Below, one piece after another: positions 17,348 through 21,371 of a stretch of DNA of 21,371 nucleotides. Numbering within the stretch: position 1 is the stretch's first letter; every line of letters starts with the position of its first letter. This stretch comes from an uncultured Nitrospiraceae bacterium (GTDB taxonomy: Bacteria; Nitrospirota; Thermodesulfovibrionia; Thermodesulfovibrionales; Dissulfurispiraceae). Location: the NCBI GenBank assembly GCA_947085205.1, contig CAMTVO010000044.1, positions 1-21,371 of the forward strand, read 5' to 3'. Under the pieces are notes generated by a model. The model had not been told where the DNA came from. It made no database searches and saw only the letters and a list, made by a program, of their open reading frames with translations. Position numbers and translations under genes: made by a program.

Positions 17348-17935
17348 CTACAATTTTCCCTTTGTTGTCGGCAGGCCTTTTATCCTTGGGTCAATGATCA
17401 CTGCCTGTCTTAAAGCCCTTCCAACGCCTTTAAATATCGCCTCGATTATATGATGGGTATTTCTGCCGTAAAGGGCATTAACATGCAGCGTAATGCCGCT
17501 ATTGCTTACAAATGCCTGAAGGAAGTCCTCGATGAGATCAGGGTCAAAGTCTTTTAATTTGCTCCTTTTGGGGAATTCCACTTTATAGACAAGATACGGC
17601 CTTCCGCTGATGTCGAGGCTTACAGATGCAAGCGCTTCATCCATCGGTACGGATGCCTGACCATATCTTGACATTCCCTTCATGTCTCCGAGCGCCTGCT
17701 TAAATGCCTTTCCAAGTACTATCCCGACATCTTCAATAGTGTGATGACAGTCAATCTCTATGTCTCCTTTTGCTTTTAATTTTGTATCGAATAGCCCGTG
17801 CTTGCACATCAAGGAGAGCATATGGTCAAGAAACGGAATGGAGGTATTTATCGAATACTTGCCACTTCCGTCGAGATTTATTTCAGCAGCTATATCTGTC
17901 TCTTTAGTCCTTCTTTCAACCTTTGCCTTTCTCAT
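17348..17935 (-). CDS. hisB: Imidazoleglycerol-phosphate dehydratase (monofunctional)
   Basis: [47 protein letters not shown]. Confidence 0.97.
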   Translation of the reverse strand: MRKAKVERRTKETDIAAEINLDGSGKYSINTSIPFLDHMLSLMCKHGLFDTKLKAKGDIEIDCHHTIEDVGIVLGKAFKQALGDMKGMSRYGQASVPMDEALASVSLDISGRPYLVYKVEFPKRSKLKDFDPDLIEDFLQAFVSNSGITLHVNALYGRNTHHIIEAIFKGVGRALRQAVIIDPRIKGLPTTKGKL

Positions 17936-18981
17936 TACTCTCCTCCGATTGATTTCCTTAGAGCCTTTATAAAAAAGCTGTTTTCTTCCGGAGTGCCGAT
18001 TGTCACTCTCAAGGAATCTTTGATAACACTGCTCAGATTTCTCACAAGCACGCCTTGTTTTATCAATCTCTGATATACCGCATTTGTATTTTTTGCCTTA
18101 AACAGTATGAAATTCGCTTCAGAGGGATATGGGGTAATGCCTGCTATATTGCACAGCTCCTCGAACAATCTCTCCCTTTCTGATGTTATGTTTTTTATCC
18201 GAGACGCTATAACAGTTTTGTTTTTGAACGCCTCTAATGCTATTGCCTGTGATAAAGAGTTGAGGTTAAACGGAAGCCTTACTTTATTAACCTCTTTGAT
18301 TAAACTTTCATCGGCTATCAAAAACCCCACTCTTAAAGAGGCAAAGCCTATTTTGCTCAATGTCCTGAGTATGGCAAGGTTTTTGTAATCCTTTAATAAA
18401 GGCAGAAATCCTTTCTTGCTCGAAAAAGGCTGATACGCCTCATCAACCACAACAATGCATTTGGATACTTCTATAATCTTCAATATCCTGTTAGCAGAAA
18501 AACAGTTCCCTGTTGGATTATTTGGAGAACTTAAAAATATAAGTTTTGGATTATATTTTTTTACAGCAGCAAGCATCTTTTCTGAACCGAGGTCAAAATC
18601 CTTATCTAATGGGATTCCAACGTGTTCTTCACCGAGGGACTGGGAGATTATCCCGTACATTGAGAATGTCGGTACAGGATAAAGAACAGTTCCTCCAAAA
18701 GTAGTGATTAAGTAATAGATTAGCTCGTCAGAGCCGTTACCAAGAAGAATGCTGTCAGATGTGATTCTGAATGCCTTTGCTATGGCTTTTTTCAGTTCTT
18801 TAGCCTCTGGATCGGGATAGCGGTTTAACTTTTTAAAATGTTCCTGAGGCAGTGTTATATCAAGTGGGTACGGACTTTCATTAGCATCCAGCTTGACTTT
18901 ACACGATATCTCTTTTGCCTCGTAAGGCTTTAAGGAGCGGATATTCTGTCTTGCGAGTTTTGCGAAAATTATATTTTTCAT
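17935..18981 (-). CDS. hisC: Histidinol-phosphate aminotransferase
   Basis: [36 protein letters not shown] lysine in [15 protein letters not shown]; coupled to hisB. Confidence 0.95.
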   Translation of the reverse strand: MKNIIFAKLARQNIRSLKPYEAKEISCKVKLDANESPYPLDITLPQEHFKKLNRYPDPEAKELKKAIAKAFRITSDSILLGNGSDELIYYLITTFGGTVLYPVPTFSMYGIISQSLGEEHVGIPLDKDFDLGSEKMLAAVKKYNPKLIFLSSPNNPTGNCFSANRILKIIEVSKCIVVVDEAYQPFSSKKGFLPLLKDYKNLAILRTLSKIGFASLRVGFLIADESLIKEVNKVRLPFNLNSLSQAIALEAFKNKTVIASRIKNITSERERLFEELCNIAGITPYPSEANFILFKAKNTNAVYQRLIKQGVLVRNLSSVIKDSLRVTIGTPEENSFFIKALRKSIGGE

Positions 18982-18987
18982 GCTTTT

Positions 18988-19038
18988 ATAATATATTGAC
19001 AGGAAACCGTTGTCAATATTCTTATTGTCGGGTATAAT
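18988..19038. promoter_or_regulatory. Overlapping divergent sigma-70 promoters (hisC and the IMPase-family gene)
   Basis: Minus: TTGACA (19016-19011)-17-TATTAT (18993-18988), 6 nt before the hisC ATG. Plus: TTGTCA (19010-19015)-17-TATAAT (19033-19038). Inverted repeat ATATTGACA-N9-TGTCAATAT at 18993-19019. Confidence 0.7.
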
Positions 19039-19092
19039 GAGCGTATGAAAGTTTGCTTGAATAAGCTGATAATATGGAATAAGACTTGATTT

Positions 19093-19878
19093 ATGAAAAT
19101 AGAAAATCTTAGAAATATCGGCAAGCGCCTCTTTTCTGAAATCGGAAACACGCGCCTTATGCCTTTTACATCCGAATCCCTCGGAAAGGGGGCCGGAGGC
19201 GATAAGACATTTCCTATAGATAAAAAGGCTGAGGATATTATAATCGGTTCATTAGAGGCCCTCAAAGAGCCATTGAGCATAGTTTCAGAAGAGGCTGGAT
19301 TAAAGGAAATCAAAGGCGGTGGCAAAAAAGTATTACTAGACCCCATCGACGGCAGCAAGAATGCCATTACAGGAATACCTTTTTACTGCTCTTCAATCGC
19401 TGTTGCGGACGGTGATAACATCGGCAGCATTACGCTCGCATACGTAATAAATCTCCTTACAGGGGATGAATTCTGGGCTGAAAAAGGCAGGGGCGCATTC
19501 TTTAATGGCGAAGGGATTCATACACAGAAAGACGATATTTTTTATCTCGTTGCGTATGAGACTCCGAGTCCAAAGAATGATATCCCAAAGATGATGAGAT
19601 TGCTTGCAGAAGCGAGGAGGACAAGGTGTCTCGGCGCTACGGCCCTTGATTTGGCGTATCTTGCATACGGCTCTATAAGCGTATTTATAACTCCTTCGCC
19701 TTCGCGTAGTTTTGATTTTGCAGGGGGCTATCTCCTGACGAAAGAGGCGGGAGGCGTATTTACCGATATTAAAGGGAATTCCATAGATGATACCGAAATA
19801 ACACTTAAAAAAAGCGCATCGCTTTTAGCTTCCGGAAATAAAGAATTACATGAAAAGGCATTGAAGCTGTTGGGCTGA
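19093..19878 (+). CDS. Inositol monophosphatase / FBPase class IV family phosphatase
   Basis: GAGGDKTFPIDKKAEDII, SEE, LDPIDGS, RCLGATALDLAYLAYG, DFAGG...EAGG. Confidence 0.88.
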   Translation: MKIENLRNIGKRLFSEIGNTRLMPFTSESLGKGAGGDKTFPIDKKAEDIIIGSLEALKEPLSIVSEEAGLKEIKGGGKKVLLDPIDGSKNAITGIPFYCSSIAVADGDNIGSITLAYVINLLTGDEFWAEKGRGAFFNGEGIHTQKDDIFYLVAYETPSPKNDIPKMMRLLAEARRTRCLGATALDLAYLAYGSISVFITPSPSRSFDFAGGYLLTKEAGGVFTDIKGNSIDDTEITLKKSASLLASGNKELHEKALKLLG

Positions 19879-19914
19879 ATTTCAAGTTATGTTTCTGCTC
19901 AAAATTTCCGTAAA

Positions 19915-20145
19915 GTGCCAAAAGCCGATGTCATAGAAAAGGTATCAATAATAGTTGCCACCGAGAGCTTACACATCCCAGACAAAAAGATAATTGCAGA
20001 TGCCCTTGTTCTTTACAGCAGGAAAAATATTGACTATATAGACGCATACAATGCTGTATTCATGAAGAATTATGGTCTCGGAGAGATTTATTCATACGAT
20101 GAAGATTTTGATTCAATAGATGGTATAAAAAGAGAAGAACCGTAA
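19915..20145 (+). pseudogene. PIN-domain (VapC-like) toxin, N-terminally truncated
   Basis: C-terminal PIN motifs IDYIDAY and IYSYDEDFD are present. The N-terminal DTN-type strand, an RBS and an antitoxin are missing; the frame begins at the stop of the upstream gene. Confidence 0.75.
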
Positions 20146-20184
20146 AAATGATAATTATAGCTGCGCTGTTATAGCATCAGGAAT

Positions 20185-20442
20185 ATGTCTGAGATGACAG
20201 AAAGATTTTACGCGCACAGCCTGAACGGCAGGCCGGTTGAAGATTGGCATCGGCTTGAGGAGCATCTCTTCGGCACTGCCAAACTTGCGGCGAAATTTGC
20301 GGCTGAATTCGGCTGCGGGGAGTGGGGGTATCTGGCGGGGCTGTGGCATGATCTGGGGAAGTATTCGTCTTTTAGAGCGATCCCGATGGAAAATATAGGG
20401 TTCGGTACGGTGAAACCGGTTGACAAGGTTCACGATATATGA
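20185..20442 (+). pseudogene. 5' fragment of a Cas3-type HD nuclease gene, copy 1
   Basis: FYAHS...WHRLEEHLFGTAKLAAKFA...LAGLWHDLGKYS matches the Cas3 HD N-terminus (AH..., L..HL, HDxGK). Similarity ends near 20370; later His/Asp ligands and the helicase are absent. Confidence 0.8.
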
Positions 20443-20468
20443 CATAGTAGCTACAAATGTAGCTACAT
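20420..20468 (+). promoter_or_regulatory. TA operon promoter with tandem palindromic operator
   Basis: TTGACA (20420-20425)-17-CATAGT with extended TG; GTAGCTAC palindromes at 20447-20454 and 20459-20466, the second within the perfect 12-mer ATGTAGCTACAT; GGAGG RBS at 20469. Confidence 0.75.
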
Positions 20469-20479
20469 GGAGGCATGCA

Positions 20480-20743
20480 ATGAAATTCGCTAATGTCAGG
20501 GAACTCAAGAACAAGACATCCGAGATATTGAGAAATGCCGAGAAAGAGGCTGTGATTATCACCTCAAACGGCAAGCCGCGAGCAATTGTCACTGCGATTT
20601 CGGAGGAGGACTTTGAAGACTATCTCCTCGAAAAGAGCGCCGATCTTCAGGACATGCTCGCGGAAGCACAAGCAGAGTACCGGAGCAAGGGCGGCGTGAC
20701 ATTGGAAGATTACCTGTCTAAAAGGGAAAAAAAGCGTGGATAA
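20480..20743 (+). CDS. Phd/YefM family antitoxin
   Basis: MKFANVRELKNKTSEILR...VIITSNGKPRAIV, acidic C-terminal half; start moved to ATG 20480 after the GGAGG. Confidence 0.88.
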   Translation: MKFANVRELKNKTSEILRNAEKEAVIITSNGKPRAIVTAISEEDFEDYLLEKSADLQDMLAEAQAEYRSKGGVTLEDYLSKREKKRG

Positions 20744-21017
20744 GTTTCAGATCGTCCTTTCACCCCCTGCGATTAAAGACCTTGACGGCTTCAGCGACGG
20801 TGTTTGCAGAAAGGTTGTTCGAGCATTACAGGCACTCAGGGACAACCCTTTTCCCAGAGGAAAAGCAATCAAAAAAATCAAAGGGACGAATTCAGATTAT
20901 TACAGGCTCAGGGTGGACAAGTACCGGGTGTTCTATATGATTGAAGGCAATCGTGCCGTAGTTTTGCGAATTCTCAACAAAAAAGATGCTGAGCGGTTTA
21001 TCAGAAATCTGAACTGA
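20736..21017 (+). CDS. RelE/ParE superfamily toxin
   Basis: IVLSPPAIKDL, L.DNPFP, KKIKG, YRLRVDKYRVFY; basic, 93 aa, overlapping the antitoxin stop. Confidence 0.9.
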   Translation: MDKFQIVLSPPAIKDLDGFSDGVCRKVVRALQALRDNPFPRGKAIKKIKGTNSDYYRLRVDKYRVFYMIEGNRAVVLRILNKKDAERFIRNLN

Positions 21018-21030
21018 AAGAAGGCGCTTT

Positions 21031-21051
21031 CTGAATGCTGAAAGCTGAGGG
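21031..21051 (+). repeat. Degenerate heptamer repeat CTGAATG CTGAAAG CTGAGGG
   Basis: Three units; the reverse complement is TCAGCNN-like, resembling the TCAGCAG register of the ileS repeat. Confidence 0.45.
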
Positions 21052-21059
21052 ATTAGAGG

Positions 21060-21273
21060 AAAGAATTTTTTGCACATATTACCGTCACTATTCACTGTCA
21101 CTGTAACACGGCTGGAGTGAAGGGGGAAAGAGGAGCATCTGGAGGGGACTGTCCCGGATTTACGGATGGAGCGAATCGTAGTCGTAGAATCGGGACTGTC
21201 CCCGCCTAAGAGGATAGTTGCAAAGTTTGCCCATGAATTCGGCTCCGGGGAATGGGAACGGCTTGCGGGGTAA
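21060..21273 (+). pseudogene. 5' fragment of a Cas3-type HD nuclease gene, copy 2 (degraded, not in ORF track)
   Basis: KEFFAH at 21060-21077, then a frame change and stop, then EEHLEGTV (21130-21153), a 19-codon insert, and RIVAKFAHEFGSGEWERLAG-stop, homologous to 20185-20340. Confidence 0.8.
21144..21203. repeat. 60-bp palindromic element with GGGACTGTCCC ends inside Cas3-HD fragment 2
   Basis: Arms GGGGACTGTCCCGGATTTACG and CGTAGAATCGGGACTGTCCCC are 17/21 complementary without gaps; absent from the homologous position of copy 1. Confidence 0.8.
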
Positions 21274-21291
21274 ACATTGCAAAACAGGATA

Positions 21292-21317
21292 TGGTAAAAT
21301 GTAGTCATATTGGAGGT
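21292..21317 (+). promoter_or_regulatory. Extended -10 promoter and RBS of the last gene
   Basis: TG-G-TAAAAT at 21292-21300; GGAGGT at 21312-21317. Confidence 0.5.
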
Positions 21318-21322
21318 GGTTT

Positions 21323-21371
21323 ATGCATAAGATAACAGATGTCAGTCCTCTGGAAGGATTTAGGATCTGGA
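21323..21371 (+). CDS. Start of a probable DUF2442-type (TA-associated) protein, truncated by the window end
   Basis: MHKITDVSPLEGFRIW resembles the DUF2442 N-terminal pattern (I..V.PL..Y.L.L.F.DG); strong RBS. Only 16 codons are visible. Confidence 0.5.
   Translation, partial: MHKITDVSPLEGFRIW

Noticed and set aside
19087..19089. Selenocysteine readthrough of the in-frame TGA before the IMPase-family gene
   Set aside because: No evident SECIS-like hairpin downstream and no catalytic Cys is expected at this position in the family.
938..19367. Other short ORFs nested in or antisense to the called genes (for example 8699..9181, 12099..12512, 14258..14773, 16761..17246, 18978..19367)
   Set aside because: No recognisable motifs or RBS; explained as shadow frames of well-supported genes.
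20420..20479. TTG start of the antitoxin at 20420
   Set aside because: That TTG is part of the -35 box TTGACA. The RBS and Phd similarity point to ATG 20480.
20892..21308. 138-aa minus-strand ORF, and also 20155..20592 and 20208..20426
   Set aside because: Antisense to the Cas3-HD fragments and TA genes. Their mutual similarity only mirrors the plus-strand homology.
20185..21371. Functional CRISPR-Cas locus or CRISPR array
   Set aside because: No regularly spaced 23-47 bp repeats with spacers and no other cas genes. Both HD pieces are too short to form the nuclease. A locus beyond the window edge cannot be excluded.

Overview
Bacterial chromosomal window; gene content and style suggest an anaerobic Nitrospirota or Desulfobacterota-like organism (inference only). 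The left edge holds the 3' part of a type III restriction Res gene. The housekeeping core is fmdE-like, argB, ileS-lspA, a 2-oxoacid (probably pyruvate) dehydrogenase E1a-E1b-E2 operon without E3 coupled to a split ADP-forming acetate-CoA ligase, a sigma-54 activator with a divergent sigma-54 promoter, thyX, an M50-CBS protease, an AsmA-like gene, hisB, hisC and an IMPase/FBPase-family gene. The right edge is a toxin-antitoxin cluster in which two diverged 5' fragments of a Cas3-type HD nuclease gene alternate with TA cassettes. Signals not shown by the ORF track: (1) small palindromic elements and 7-8 nt tandem repeats sitting in frame inside res (twice), ileS, lspA, acdA and the second Cas3-HD fragment; (2) a 29-aa Lys-rich, Cys-containing peptide gene with its own promoter, RBS and terminator; (3) an ABC permease remnant; (4) several promoters that predict leaderless mRNAs; (5) a His-to-Ser change at the ACD beta-subunit phospho-His site. 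No rRNA, tRNA or CRISPR array was seen.
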